A model generated the notes under the pieces. The model was not told the origin of the DNA and did not search any database. It was given only the letters and a program-made list of their open reading frames with translations. A stretch of 63,926 bases of DNA, the filler included, from an uncultured Gemmatimonadota bacterium (lineage in GTDB: Bacteria > Blakebacterota > Blakebacteria > Blakebacterales > Blakebacteraceae): NCBI GenBank assembly GCA_964576115.1. It is 5 parts of 5 records of this genome, joined end to end, with 100 filler letters (N's around TTAATTAATTAA, not from the genome) between each part and the next. Parts side by side here need not be neighbours in the genome. Positions count along the whole stretch, not along the records: positions 1 to 21,788 come from CAZNUA010000002.1; 4 more parts are not named here. One strand, 5' to 3'. How positions within the stretch are numbered: the stretch's first letter is position 1; each line of letters begins with the position of its first letter. This document shows, piece after piece, positions 1 through 10,015 of this stretch. Position numbers and translations under genes: made by a program.

Positions 1-1
1 C

Positions 2-1171
2 CTCCCACAACTCATCCCAGTGCGTATCCCGGACGAAATCCAGGGCATACCAGTCGCTGGTATAGGCGAGCAGAGCGCCCTGTACGACGGCTGTCGAATC
101 GGGCAGGAACAGCGTCAGGCCATGAGCGTCGGTCCAGTCCGTTCCGTGGCATTCAGCAACGATCGATGCCTCCAGACATGACTGCATCAACCCGAGGGTA
201 TCCCTGACGGCGGGATCCTGTTCGACCAGGCGGAGCTGCCGGGCCAGATCCCAGAGATCGGCGAAGACCCCGTAGAAACGGGTGACATCCTGATAGACGG
301 CATCGATATGAGCTCTGAATGAATCAATCCGGCTCAGATACGCCAGACTCACGGCCTCGACCGCTTCGGCCAGAGCCGACAGCCGATCGGTCCGTACCGC
401 ACTCATCGTCATGCCGGTGACCGGGGTGGGTTCCCCGGCATGCTGACGAATCGAATCAATGATGAGTTCGCCCAGGTCGAGATTCGAAATCCCGGGATCG
501 GAGTGCAGGGTCCGGCAGATGTCCCCCATGGTTTCTGACCACAGGCTATACCCGCTGAGGTTCTCGCTGCCGATGTAGACCTCCGTACCCTGCCTGAGCT
601 CATAGGCCGCCTCGACCGATCCCATCAGACAGGGGGCACTGAAGAGAACCAGATCCACCCCCCCGACCGTCGCCAGCGACGTCCGGATTTCATCCATGGT
701 GAGATTGTCGTGTCCGTTGGTGTCATCCCAGCAGGTGCCCTGCCAGCCGCCGCCGTGATCGTAGAAGGCGAGAATGTATCTTTGAGCCGGATAATGCTCG
801 ACGGCGTACTGCAGGAAATCAGTCAGGGTGGCGGGATCACCCATGTTCACTTCACCCATCTCCTGCAATTTCAGGGGAAGGTGCTCGGAATCGATGTGCC
901 CGAGAACAGCCGGTCCGTCTTCGGCATCAGCGAGAACGAGAATGGCGACATCGTCCCCGGACCAGACCTCCCGGCCGAAATCCTCGAGCGGGTCGTAGGC
1001 ATTGAAGAAATCGGCGTCATCATAGAGCAGCAAGGTCCAGCTCCGGGACGGTCCCGGGGTCGAATCGGTCGGATTGTCCCGACCGCAGGCAGTGAGAACC
1101 AGCACGATCAGAGCGAACCGGACCAGACCCGTGCCGGCCGCATATCCGGCCCTGGTTCGGGGGGGCATCAT
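2..1171 (-). CDS. Clostripain-family (C11) cysteine peptidase lipoprotein, 3' end runs off the window
   Basis: Absent from the ORF track (no stop in window). Manual translation from ATG 1171 gives lipobox VLTAC, NMGDPATLTDFLQYAVEHYPA, catalytic His motif FYDHGGGW, catalytic Cys motif LFSAPCLMGSVEAAYEL and C-terminal DFVRDTHWDE. Confidence 0.85.
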   Translation of the reverse strand, partial: MMPPRTRAGYAAGTGLVRFALIVLVLTACGRDNPTDSTPGPSRSWTLLLYDDADFFNAYDPLEDFGREVWSGDDVAILVLADAEDGPAVLGHIDSEHLPLKLQEMGEVNMGDPATLTDFLQYAVEHYPAQRYILAFYDHGGGWQGTCWDDTNGHDNLTMDEIRTSLATVGGVDLVLFSAPCLMGSVEAAYELRQGTEVYIGSENLSGYSLWSETMGDICRTLHSDPGISNLDLGELIIDSIRQHAGEPTPVTGMTMSAVRTDRLSALAEAVEAVSLAYLSRIDSFRAHIDAVYQDVTRFYGVFADLWDLARQLRLVEQDPAVRDTLGLMQSCLEASIVAECHGTDWTDAHGLTLFLPDSTAVVQGALLAYTSDWYALDFVRDTHWDELWE

Positions 1172-1174
1172 CTC

Positions 1175-1810
1175 TCACTCCTCAACCGTCAGGGAGAGGT
1201 CGTCGAAATACACCGTTCCGCTCACCCCGCCGGGCATGATGAGATATATCCGCAGGCGGCAGACGTCTTCGGGCAACGGATCCGAGGTCACGGCATACAT
1301 CGTCCAGGCATGCCAGCCGGTGATCGTGTGTGTTCCCTGGGTGACGGCGCTTGCGACCGTCTCTCCCGCACTGTTATCTGCAAAGGCGTTGAGGTAGATG
1401 CCCTCGCCCGACACATTCTGCAACCGAACCGCAGCCGAGAAGTGCAGTTCCTTGCCTGTCAGAGAGCCCGTTTCGACGTCGATTTCCTGAGACCAGCAGG
1501 CAAAGGCGGTGGGATCGCCGATTCCCTCCCGCCTGATCATCAGGGCATGGGAAGAGGATTGATACTCCGCCTGCGTCCAATCCAGTTCGTATTCGTAGCG
1601 GGCGCTGAACGGATAGACGTACTGAGACCAGTAGGCCGGATGAAAAAAACCGCCCTCGACCTGGCCGTTCAGGAGCAACTCGATTGCTTCCGGTCCGGTT
1701 GTCTTACGCTCACAGGAGAGCAGGATCGGGAGAATCGTCAGCGAGATCGCGATGAAGACGGTTCTTGTCAGCACATCGGTTTTCACGTTCTGCTTCTCTA
1801 TCCGAGACAT
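1175..1810 (-). CDS. Lipoprotein with carbohydrate-binding-module-like beta-sandwich
   Basis: Lipobox ILLSC; C-terminal GTVYFDDLSL typical of CBM4/9-like folds. Start uncertain (1810 or GTG 1786). Confidence 0.55.
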   Translation of the reverse strand: MSRIEKQNVKTDVLTRTVFIAISLTILPILLSCERKTTGPEAIELLLNGQVEGGFFHPAYWSQYVYPFSARYEYELDWTQAEYQSSSHALMIRREGIGDPTAFACWSQEIDVETGSLTGKELHFSAAVRLQNVSGEGIYLNAFADNSAGETVASAVTQGTHTITGWHAWTMYAVTSDPLPEDVCRLRIYLIMPGGVSGTVYFDDLSLTVEE

Positions 1811-1929
1811 CGCCGGCAACCGCCCGACCCACCCTCGTGCACCCCGGGAATACCGATGACAGGACAAATGACCGGAGCCAACCGTTTATTGGAGGCGAGT
1901 CTTCACCGTCAGGACGAGATCCAGATGAT

Positions 1930-3117
1930 TCACTCCCCGTTGCTTTCAATTGGCCCTCCCGGCGCCCGGGCGGGGAGAAAGGCCAGGATCATACGTTTAT
2001 TCGACCGGATCCGGCGTCCCTTTCGCTCGATCAAGCCCATTGTACGGACCGTATTCACATCACGAGACAACGTCTTGGTGGTTTTCGAGGCATAATCCAT
2101 GGCCAGTCGAGCCGACAGTTCAGGAACGGCTGATATCGCTATCCACCCATCGTTCTCTGCGACTTCCGACAGTTCGAGAACGAGCCTGCGGCGGCGAAGC
2201 TGGGCCGGCGAACTTTTTCGGAACCTCTCGTAGACATAGTTCTTCCAGGTCGTTTCCCACTGCACGTCCCGGATGACCCGGAGTTGCTCCCGTAACTGAT
2301 CGACCAATCCCTGTACGGCATAGGCGATGAATGCGGAGATATCGCCGCCGGATCGGCCAGCCTGGTCAAGTTGGCGGTAATATTCCGTTCTGGTCTGATT
2401 GTAGAAGTTGCTCAGCAGATGGGCCGCCGGAGTGGGAAATCCAGCCCGAAGAAGATACTGGAATTCTATGAGTCTCGCCGTTCGTCCGTTCCCATCTCCG
2501 AAGGGATGAATCCACACGAAGTGCAGGTGAGCAGCTATCGCCACCAGGATGGAATACGCCATTCCCGACCGGTCGGGCAGATCCAGGGAGTTGAGCCACG
2601 CGCAGAACTTGTGGAGAAGAAACTCGCAATCTTCAGCCGGAGCACCGCGGTACCTGCCGACCATAACCGAGTGTTGCCGCACTTCTCCCGCAATGACATC
2701 CTCGGGAAGGGGGAGATCATGCAGAACGAGCCGGTTGAATTCCTGAATCCTCTCTCCTGTCAGCGAACTGTGCTCTCCCTGCACGATGTCCTGGGCGATC
2801 GTGTTGCAGGCAGCGACGATATTGTCGATCTCCCGGCCGAGGTACTGCCTGGACGGCGGCAGGTGCAGGCGGCCCTCGAGATGTTGGCGCACTTCTTCCT
2901 CGGTCAGGGTGTTGCCTTCAATCGCCGTTGTCGCGAGGACTCCTTTGGCGAGATACACGGCATGAAGTTCACGGGCCGAGTCGGGATCGAGAGGCACTCC
3001 GGCGATATGTTCGACTTTGGAAACCGCTTCACCGAGCAGAAGCCAGGTGTCATGATCCAGATCCTGCAGGTCCAGAGAGAATGTCAACCACGGATGTGTC
3101 GATTCGTATGTCCTCAT
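1930..3117 (-). CDS. Fic family protein (AMPylase) with C-terminal winged-helix-like region
   Basis: Canonical Fic motif HPFGDGNGRTAR; N-terminal TTAIEGN matches the (S/T)xxxE(G/N) inhibitory helix. Confidence 0.92.
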   Translation of the reverse strand: MRTYESTHPWLTFSLDLQDLDHDTWLLLGEAVSKVEHIAGVPLDPDSARELHAVYLAKGVLATTAIEGNTLTEEEVRQHLEGRLHLPPSRQYLGREIDNIVAACNTIAQDIVQGEHSSLTGERIQEFNRLVLHDLPLPEDVIAGEVRQHSVMVGRYRGAPAEDCEFLLHKFCAWLNSLDLPDRSGMAYSILVAIAAHLHFVWIHPFGDGNGRTARLIEFQYLLRAGFPTPAAHLLSNFYNQTRTEYYRQLDQAGRSGGDISAFIAYAVQGLVDQLREQLRVIRDVQWETTWKNYVYERFRKSSPAQLRRRRLVLELSEVAENDGWIAISAVPELSARLAMDYASKTTKTLSRDVNTVRTMGLIERKGRRIRSNKRMILAFLPARAPGGPIESNGE

Positions 3118-3285
3118 GGTTGTCCTCTGTAATATACTGTAAATTAATGTGTTATGAGAAAAATTGGACTATTACTGTCCACTTTGGCAACGATTATACC
3201 CGGGCTCTCTCAAGATTGCAAGGATACGTCCAGACAGTACCTCAGCCGTTCTCTGGTACACCGCCTCGACAACTCATCCCGGTTC

Positions 3286-4584
3286 TCACCCCGGCAGGCC
3301 GTTGCGGATCACCTCCTCCATGGCGTCGGCGAACATGTCGATCTCGCGCGGGGTGGTGTAGACGTTGGGGGTGATGCGCAGGGCCTGGATCGGATCGCGG
3401 CCGATGGCGATACAGTGGATCCGGTGGCGCGACCAGAGATGGCTGGCCAGGGCGCCGGGGGCGATTCCCTCGATGCCGACCGTGGCCACCCCGACCGACT
3501 CCTCGGGGTCGAGGTTGCAGCGGAAGTAAACGTTGTCGTACTGCCCCAGGCGCTCGGCCCAGCGCATCTTCAGGTAGTGCAGGCGGGCCGCTTTGCGCTC
3601 GGGGCCGAGGGCGTGATAGAAAACCAGGGCTTCGTTGATGGCGTTGATGCCGGCCGCCGGGTGGGTGCCGATTTCCTCGAACTTGCGGATGTTGGCCGAC
3701 TTGGGATCGCCGGCTGCGAAGAGCGGCCAGTGCTCGGCGATCCGGTCGCGTTTGACATACAGGAAGCCGGTCCCGATCGGGGCGGTGAGCCACTTGTGCA
3801 GGCTGGTGCCGTAGTAGTCGCAGTCGAGGTCGTCGATCCGGAAGACCAGGTGCGCGAAGGCGTGGGCGCCGTCGACCAGAACCGGTATCCCGCGGGCGTG
3901 GGCGATATCGCAGACCTCCCGGACCGGGTAGATCTGCCCCGTAATGTTCATGACATGGCAGAGCAGGATCGCCCGGGTGCGGGGGGTGATGTTCTTCTCG
4001 AATTCGGCGGCCAGCTCGAACCGGTTTCGCGGGGGGGTCGGGACGGGAAACTGGACCAGTTTGATGCCGTCTCGCAACTCGCGCTGGCGCCAGGTGGTGA
4101 TCATGCGCGGGTAGTCCTGGTCGGTCGTGAGGACCTCGTCGCCGGGTTCGAAGTCGATCCCGAACTGGGCGATCTCCATGGCCTCGCTGGCGTTGCGCGT
4201 AATGGCCATCTCTTCGGTGTCGCAGCCGGCCGTTGAAGCCAGCCGCCGCCGGACCATTTCTTTGCCCGGCCGCAGGTAGGACCACATCCAGAGCGAGGGG
4301 GTCATGTTCTGCACATCGAGGTAGCGCTTGAAGGCCTCGTGGACCACCCCCGGGCTGGGGCAGACCCCCCCGTTGTTCAGGTTGATGATGCTCCGATCGA
4401 TCTGGAAGGCCTGCTGGATCTGCCCCCAGTACAGTTCGTCGCGGGCCGCTTCCTGGACAGGGACGCCCTCCATGTCACGCGAGGCGGCCAGAATGCGCTC
4501 GAAGCCGCCGGCCCGCCAGGTGGCCGCCGCCGCGGCCGAGCCGATTGCGGTCCGGTTGAGGAATGTTCGTCGGGAAAGAGTCAT
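3286..4584 (-). CDS. Aminotransferase class V, PLP-dependent (isopenicillin N epimerase / cysteine desulfurase-like), Tat signal
   Basis: SRRTFL twin-arginine motif; NLNNGG, VDGAH, PLP lysine in TSLHKWL. Confidence 0.88.
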   Translation of the reverse strand: MTLSRRTFLNRTAIGSAAAAATWRAGGFERILAASRDMEGVPVQEAARDELYWGQIQQAFQIDRSIINLNNGGVCPSPGVVHEAFKRYLDVQNMTPSLWMWSYLRPGKEMVRRRLASTAGCDTEEMAITRNASEAMEIAQFGIDFEPGDEVLTTDQDYPRMITTWRQRELRDGIKLVQFPVPTPPRNRFELAAEFEKNITPRTRAILLCHVMNITGQIYPVREVCDIAHARGIPVLVDGAHAFAHLVFRIDDLDCDYYGTSLHKWLTAPIGTGFLYVKRDRIAEHWPLFAAGDPKSANIRKFEEIGTHPAAGINAINEALVFYHALGPERKAARLHYLKMRWAERLGQYDNVYFRCNLDPEESVGVATVGIEGIAPGALASHLWSRHRIHCIAIGRDPIQALRITPNVYTTPREIDMFADAMEEVIRNGLPG

Positions 4585-4606
4585 GACTGCCTCCAGGGGT
4601 GGGGAT

Positions 4607-4996
4607 TCAACGGGGCAGGATGGTCCGGCTCAGGATCTCGATCTCGTTGGCCAGCCAGCCCGCCGTGGCCCGGGGATCCTCGACCAGACGCCGCACCGTG
4701 ATCGGGACCAGCAGACTGCCGATGAAGGTCTGCATCAGGGAGTGAATCAGGCGGCCCTCGTCGAGACCGGTGGCCAGCGTACCGGCGGCCCGTTCGAGGT
4801 GAGTGAGCAGTTCCTCGCGGTGCTCGAAGAAGATGACCGTGAGATGGTAGCGGAACGACGTCGTCAGCTCGCCGGTCTTGGTGTGGCACAGGTAGTAGGC
4901 CCGGGGCCCGGCCAGGGGCGCCGATTCCCGCAGAGCTTCCATGACCGTGTTGACACAGACTTTCTCGAAGTTGGCGGGATCGTAGATATCGGTCAT
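4607..4996 (-). CDS. Hypothetical protein
   Basis: 129-aa ORF filling the gap in a co-directional run with host-like codon use; no family recognised. Confidence 0.6.
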   Translation of the reverse strand: MTDIYDPANFEKVCVNTVMEALRESAPLAGPRAYYLCHTKTGELTTSFRYHLTVIFFEHREELLTHLERAAGTLATGLDEGRLIHSLMQTFIGSLLVPITVRRLVEDPRATAGWLANEIEILSRTILPR

Positions 4997-5002
4997 GGCT
5001 GT

Positions 5003-6367
5003 TTATACTATCACGCCCAGGACCATCCGGAAAAGGCGGGCCAGAAGGTTCGCGAACCGGCCGATCGCGGCCGCCGACAGGGCGGTGTCGGACTCGGGCT
5101 CGACCGGTTCCCCGCCGGCCGCCGCCACGGCCGGTACCGGCCGCCGGAATGCCTGGCCGTGCAGGTTCTCGAAGAGGGTGTAGAGATCGGTGGACGATTC
5201 TCCCGCACTCAGCGTCAGGGCGTCGACGTTGGCCAGACTGAACAGGGCGTGCCCCCGCACTCCGGTCGCGACACTGTGGAAGATCTGTGCCGCCAGGGTT
5301 CCGGGATCGCCCGGCATCTCGTTGAGGTTGATGCCCGCCACCACTCCCTCGTGCGGGAGCACTTCCAGATAGCCCGTGAGCATGTCGAGGTATTCGGGCA
5401 GGGAGGGCGTATACATCATCGGAACGACGTAATCGAGGGCGCCCGACTCGAGCCAGCTCAATGGATCCTGGGCGAAAATGCTCACCGCCCGGTGGTAGTG
5501 ATTCACGATCGCCGCACTCAGGATCAGGCCGGGTCGCACGTCTCTGGCCCCGGCGGCGATGCGCTCGAGCATGCCGGTGATCTGTTTCGCCTGCCAGCCC
5601 ATATAGGTGTCGAGCGTGGCGCTTTCCTGCAGGAAGCGGCCGCGGCTGACGGCATCGTAGCTGTAATCGTGATCGGGCAGACGGATGTAATCGAAGTGAA
5701 TGCCGTCAACCGGATAGCGGGAGACGATGTCGAGCACCACCGCCTGCAGGTGAGCCTGCACCGCGGGATTGCCCGGGGCGGCCAGAACATATCCGAAACG
5801 GTTTCCCAACCGCAGGGTCTGACCCGCACGGTTGGCCATGATCCACTCGGGATGGGTCCGGAAGATGTGTTCGGGCTCGCTCGGCGGGGGCGGGGAGGAA
5901 CCGTTCCACATGGTGAAGGTGTTGATCCAGGCGTGCAGGCGCAGGCCGCGGGTATGGGCTTCGGTCACGGCCACGGCAAGCGGATCCCAGCCCGGATCGC
6001 GCCCGAGGGTGCCGGTCAGTTCGGCTCCCCATGGTTCGAGGTTCGAACGATAAAAGGCATCGGCGCGACCCCGGACCTGAAAGTAGACGTCGGTGATACC
6101 GTAGCCGGCGGCACGGGAGAGCAGAGCGGCCACATCTTCGGCCGAACGGTACTCCCACCGGGTGACCCAGAGACCGCGCACGACCGAGGCGTCCCGCACG
6201 CCCACGTACTCCCCGGCGCTCTCCTCCGGCTGCATCCCCTCCGAAACGGACGCCGGAGTCTGGGCCTGCAGGCAGGTCGCTCCTGCAAAGCCGGCGATGA
6301 AAAGGGCCAGGGTGATAGCGGGAGAGAGGGCGCGGGGCACGGCAAACCTGTACCGTCGGGCGCTCAC
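5003..6367 (-). CDS. Glycoside hydrolase-like GHL10 (DUF187; YddW/DigH-like), secreted
   Basis: VRGLWVTR, VYFQVRGRADAFYRS, WDPLA, LHAWIN, YPVDGIHFDYIR; N-terminal signal peptide. Confidence 0.88.
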   Translation of the reverse strand: MSARRYRFAVPRALSPAITLALFIAGFAGATCLQAQTPASVSEGMQPEESAGEYVGVRDASVVRGLWVTRWEYRSAEDVAALLSRAAGYGITDVYFQVRGRADAFYRSNLEPWGAELTGTLGRDPGWDPLAVAVTEAHTRGLRLHAWINTFTMWNGSSPPPPSEPEHIFRTHPEWIMANRAGQTLRLGNRFGYVLAAPGNPAVQAHLQAVVLDIVSRYPVDGIHFDYIRLPDHDYSYDAVSRGRFLQESATLDTYMGWQAKQITGMLERIAAGARDVRPGLILSAAIVNHYHRAVSIFAQDPLSWLESGALDYVVPMMYTPSLPEYLDMLTGYLEVLPHEGVVAGINLNEMPGDPGTLAAQIFHSVATGVRGHALFSLANVDALTLSAGESSTDLYTLFENLHGQAFRRPVPAVAAAGGEPVEPESDTALSAAAIGRFANLLARLFRMVLGVIV

Positions 6368-6804
6368 GGCGACTCCACCATCAGGGTGACGGGACCGTCG
6401 TTGACCAGCCGCACCTGCATCCGGGCTCCGAACCGCCCCTCGGCCACATCGACGCCGAGCCCGGTCAGGATCCGGACGAAAACGGCCAGAAGCCGTTCGG
6501 CCGTCTCCGGATCGGCCGCCGCCCCCCAGGAGGGGCGACGGCCTTTGCGGGGATCGCCGTAGAGGGTGAATTGCGAGACCACCAGGGCTCTGCCGCCGGT
6601 GTCGATCAGGGAGAGTTCGAGGTGTCCTTCAGCATCGTCGAAGAGCCGCAGGCCGGCACATTTCTCGGCCAGCCAGCGCGCCGCACGTTCGTCGTCGCCG
6701 CGTCCGATCCCGAGCAGGATCAGCAGCCCCGGTCCGATCCGGCCGACGATCTCGGAACCGACGCTGACCTCGGCTTCGCTGACCCGCTGCAGCAGAGCTC
6801 TCAC
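6364..6804 (-). CDS. dtd: D-aminoacyl-tRNA deacylase
   Basis: RALLQRV, VVSQFTL, GRRPSW, FGARMQVRLVNDGPVT; GTG start at 6804 after RBS GAGGAGAGG. Confidence 0.95.
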   Translation of the reverse strand: MRALLQRVSEAEVSVGSEIVGRIGPGLLILLGIGRGDDERAARWLAEKCAGLRLFDDAEGHLELSLIDTGGRALVVSQFTLYGDPRKGRRPSWGAAADPETAERLLAVFVRILTGLGVDVAEGRFGARMQVRLVNDGPVTLMVESP

Positions 6805-6834
6805 CCCGATGCCTCTCCTCGTCACGCAGTGGGC

Positions 6835-8127
6835 TCAGGCGGCGGGCAGGATGACCTCGAACAGGCTTCCCTCGCCCGGCCGGCTCCGGGCCAGCCGTAA
6901 CCGCCCGCCGTATCCCTCCACCAGACGGCGGGCCAGAGCCAATCCGAGACCCCATCCCCGGCGCCGGGTAGTATAACCGGGTTGGAAGATGCGGCGCGCA
7001 TCCGACGCTGCGATACCGCGACCGGTGTCCTCGACCCCGAGCAGTACACTGCGCCCGTCGGGTGAGGAACGCAGGGTAACGGTGATCGTGCCCTCCCCCG
7101 CCAGAGCGTCCAGGGCGTTGCGGAGCAGGTTCTCGACGACCCACTCCAGCAGTTCGGCGCTGCCCCGAACCGGCGGGATCGCCTGGTAATCCTCGACGAA
7201 GTCCACCCGTCGCTCGCGCTGCGGTGCCCGTGCGCGCAGGTAGGCCACGCTGCGGGCGGCCACCGCAGCCAGGTCGACTTCCTCCTCGCCGGCCGGACCG
7301 CCGATGCGGCCGAAACGGTTGACCACCCGGCTCAGGCGCTCGACATCGGCCTCCATTGCCGCTGCGATTTCCGCCGGGTCGAGCCCGGTTCCGTTCTCTG
7401 CGGCGGCCGCAGCTTCGGTCTCGATACCGGTCACACCCGCTAAGGCCGAAGAGGGGGCGGCGTCCCCAGGGGGCTCGACACCTGTCCCGAGCCTCTCGGT
7501 CAACAGAGTCATCCATCCCTTCAGGCTGGAGAGGGGGGTGCCGAACTGGTGGGCGCTCTCCCGGGCGATACCGACCCAGAGCAGACTGCGCTGCCGCTCC
7601 AGACCGGCCCGCAGGGCCCACCAGATGAGTCCGAAGACGACCGCCAGCAGGCCGAGCAGGATCCAGGGCAGCAGGCGCAGACGCCGTACCGCCGGGGGAT
7701 CGCCGTAGTGGAAGATCTGCACCGCCCCCGGCACCTCGAGCACGATCGGCTCGAACTGCCGGTCGAAGGTGCGGGCCCGTTCCGCCGCCCGGGTCCGGGC
7801 GGCTGTCGAGCCGGTGTCGGCTTCGTCCCTCGGGCGCCAGGATAGCGGCTGGCCGGTGGTATCGGTCACCACGTAGGGGAAGTCGTAACGGGCGATGAGC
7901 CGGCTCACGGCCTCGTCGAGCCGGCTGCTCACGGCCGAGGTGTCGGTGGCCACCGCGCTGATGAGTTCGGCGTATGAGCGGGTGAAGCGCCGCAGATCGT
8001 CGCGCAGGCGTTCGACCTGACGGTTGGTGTGCACGATGCTTCCCGTGGCCGCGGCCGCCGCGATGAGCAGGGCGAGCACCTGCAGCCAGAAACTCTTCCC
8101 CCGGCCGGCCCGCCTATCGGGCGCCAT
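6835..8127 (-). CDS. Membrane sensor histidine kinase
   Basis: Two TM segments; H-box ESAHQFGTPLSSL, N-box ENLLRNALDA, G boxes DTGRGI and GWGLGL. Confidence 0.92.
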   Translation of the reverse strand: MAPDRRAGRGKSFWLQVLALLIAAAAATGSIVHTNRQVERLRDDLRRFTRSYAELISAVATDTSAVSSRLDEAVSRLIARYDFPYVVTDTTGQPLSWRPRDEADTGSTAARTRAAERARTFDRQFEPIVLEVPGAVQIFHYGDPPAVRRLRLLPWILLGLLAVVFGLIWWALRAGLERQRSLLWVGIARESAHQFGTPLSSLKGWMTLLTERLGTGVEPPGDAAPSSALAGVTGIETEAAAAAENGTGLDPAEIAAAMEADVERLSRVVNRFGRIGGPAGEEEVDLAAVAARSVAYLRARAPQRERRVDFVEDYQAIPPVRGSAELLEWVVENLLRNALDALAGEGTITVTLRSSPDGRSVLLGVEDTGRGIAASDARRIFQPGYTTRRRGWGLGLALARRLVEGYGGRLRLARSRPGEGSLFEVILPAA

Positions 8128-9406
8128 GACCGTCGGGTGAGAGCAGCGAGAGACCGCCCAGGAAGGGGCGCAGAGGTTCGGGTACGATCACGCTGCCCTC
8201 GTCGGTCTGAAAGGTTTCGAGCAGAGCGACGAAGAGCCGGGGCACGGCCACTCCGCTGGCATTGAGGGTGTGCACGAAGGCGACCTTGCCGTCTTCGGAA
8301 CGCCGGTAGCGGATCGCGGCCCGCCGGGCCTGGAAATCGCCGAAATTGGAACAGGAGGAGACCTCGAGCCATCGCCGCGACCCCGGGGCCCAGAGTTCGA
8401 GATCGAAGCAGCGGCGGGCGGCGAAGCTGAGGTCGGCGGTGCACAGTTCGACCACCCGGTAGTGCAGCCCGAGAGCCTCGAGAATACTGCGGGCGTGGCC
8501 GAGGAGCAGGGTGTGCTCGGCCTCGCTCGTCTCGGGGGTCGTGAACCGGACCAGCTCCACCTTGTCGAACTGGTGGATCCGTATCAGCCCGCGGGTGTCG
8601 GCCCCGTGGGCGCCGGCTTCGCGCCGGAAACAGGCGCTGTACGCCGCATAGGCCAGGGGCAGTTGTTCTTCGGAGAGGATCGATTCGCGGTGGATGTTGG
8701 TGACCGGGACCTCGGCGGTGGGAATCAGCCAGAGATCCTCGGCTTCGATCCGGTACATGTCCTCGGCCATCTTGGGCAGCTGTCCGGTGCCCGTCATGGC
8801 CGGGGTTCGCACCACGACCGGCGGCCAGATCTCGCGGTAGCCGTTGACCCCGGTCTGGTGCTCGAGCATGAAGTTGACCAGCGCCCGGACCAGCCGGGCC
8901 CCCGAGCCGGTGTAGAGGATGAAGCCCGAGCCGGAAAGCCGGCTCCCGGCTTCGAAGTCGACCAGCCCCAGACGGGTGCAGAGATCGACGTGATCGAGGG
9001 GCTCGAATCCGAATTCGGGGGACTCGCCCCACACCTCGGTCACGAGGTTGTCGGCCTCTGATGCACCCACCGGGGCGAGCGGGTCGGGCAGATTGGGCAG
9101 CTGGATGAGCTCGGCTTCGAAGCGGTTTTCGAGTTCGGCCAGACGGGCGTCGGCGGCCTTGACCTCTTCAGAGAGACGGCGCGAGTCGGCAATCGCCTGC
9201 TCGGCGTTCTCACCGGCCTGCTTCATGCGGGCAATGCTCTCGCTGGCTTCATTGCGCCGCCGCTTGAGCTCGTCGGTTTCGGCGATCAGGGTGCGTCGTT
9301 CGGCTTCGAGCCCGGTCAGAGCGTCGATATCGACCTCAACGCCCTTCTTCGCGAGCTCGTCGCGCACCCGTTCGGGTTCACTGCGAATGAGTCGTGGATC
9401 GAGCAT
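8114..9406 (-). CDS. serS: Serine--tRNA ligase
   Basis: N-terminal coiled coil; LIPTAEVP, FRREAG, HQFDKVE, EVSSCSN, HTLNASG. Confidence 0.98.
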   Translation of the reverse strand: MLDPRLIRSEPERVRDELAKKGVEVDIDALTGLEAERRTLIAETDELKRRRNEASESIARMKQAGENAEQAIADSRRLSEEVKAADARLAELENRFEAELIQLPNLPDPLAPVGASEADNLVTEVWGESPEFGFEPLDHVDLCTRLGLVDFEAGSRLSGSGFILYTGSGARLVRALVNFMLEHQTGVNGYREIWPPVVVRTPAMTGTGQLPKMAEDMYRIEAEDLWLIPTAEVPVTNIHRESILSEEQLPLAYAAYSACFRREAGAHGADTRGLIRIHQFDKVELVRFTTPETSEAEHTLLLGHARSILEALGLHYRVVELCTADLSFAARRCFDLELWAPGSRRWLEVSSCSNFGDFQARRAAIRYRRSEDGKVAFVHTLNASGVAVPRLFVALLETFQTDEGSVIVPEPLRPFLGGLSLLSPDGHGAR

Positions 9407-9412
9407 GCGCTG

Positions 9413-10015
9413 TCAGGGTCCTTCCCGCGACTGGTCTCCGGTGTAGAGGTCGTGCTCCTGAATGTAACGCAGCACGGCTTCGGGTACCAGGTGACGCACG
9501 CTCAGACCTTCGGACAGCCGCCGGCGCACTTCGCTCGACGAGAGGTGCATGGGAGGCAGATCGACCGTTACCATCCGATCCCGCAGCTCGGGCGGTCCCC
9601 CCCCGGCCTCGTGTCCCGGCCGCCCCACCACAACCGGTCGGGCCAGGTCGATGATCTCGCGCCACTCGCGCCAGGACGAGAATATCTCGACCTGATCGGC
9701 CCCGATGACGAGGAAGAGTTCGCTGTCGGGATAGGCGGCGGCAAGCTCGCGTATCGTTTCGATCATCCAGGAAAGCCCGCCGCGGCGCAGTTCACGATCG
9801 TCGACCGCCAGGTCTTCCACCTCGGCCAGACAGGCCTGGAGCATGGCCAGCCGGTGCTCGCCGCCGGCGACGGGCGCTTCGGTCCGGTGGGGACCGGCGG
9901 CATAGGGTATGAAGAGGATCCGGTCGAGATCAAGAACCTGGCGAACCCCTTCGGCAATGGTCAGATGGCCCGTGTGCGGAGGATCGAAAGCGCCGCCGTA
10001 CAGACCGAGCTTCAT
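9413..10015 (-). CDS. nadD: Nicotinate-nucleotide adenylyltransferase
   Basis: GLYGGAFDPPHTGH, IGAD, LSSSEVR. Confidence 0.95.
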   Translation of the reverse strand: MKLGLYGGAFDPPHTGHLTIAEGVRQVLDLDRILFIPYAAGPHRTEAPVAGGEHRLAMLQACLAEVEDLAVDDRELRRGGLSWMIETIRELAAAYPDSELFLVIGADQVEIFSSWREWREIIDLARPVVVGRPGHEAGGGPPELRDRMVTVDLPPMHLSSSEVRRRLSEGLSVRHLVPEAVLRYIQEHDLYTGDQSREGP

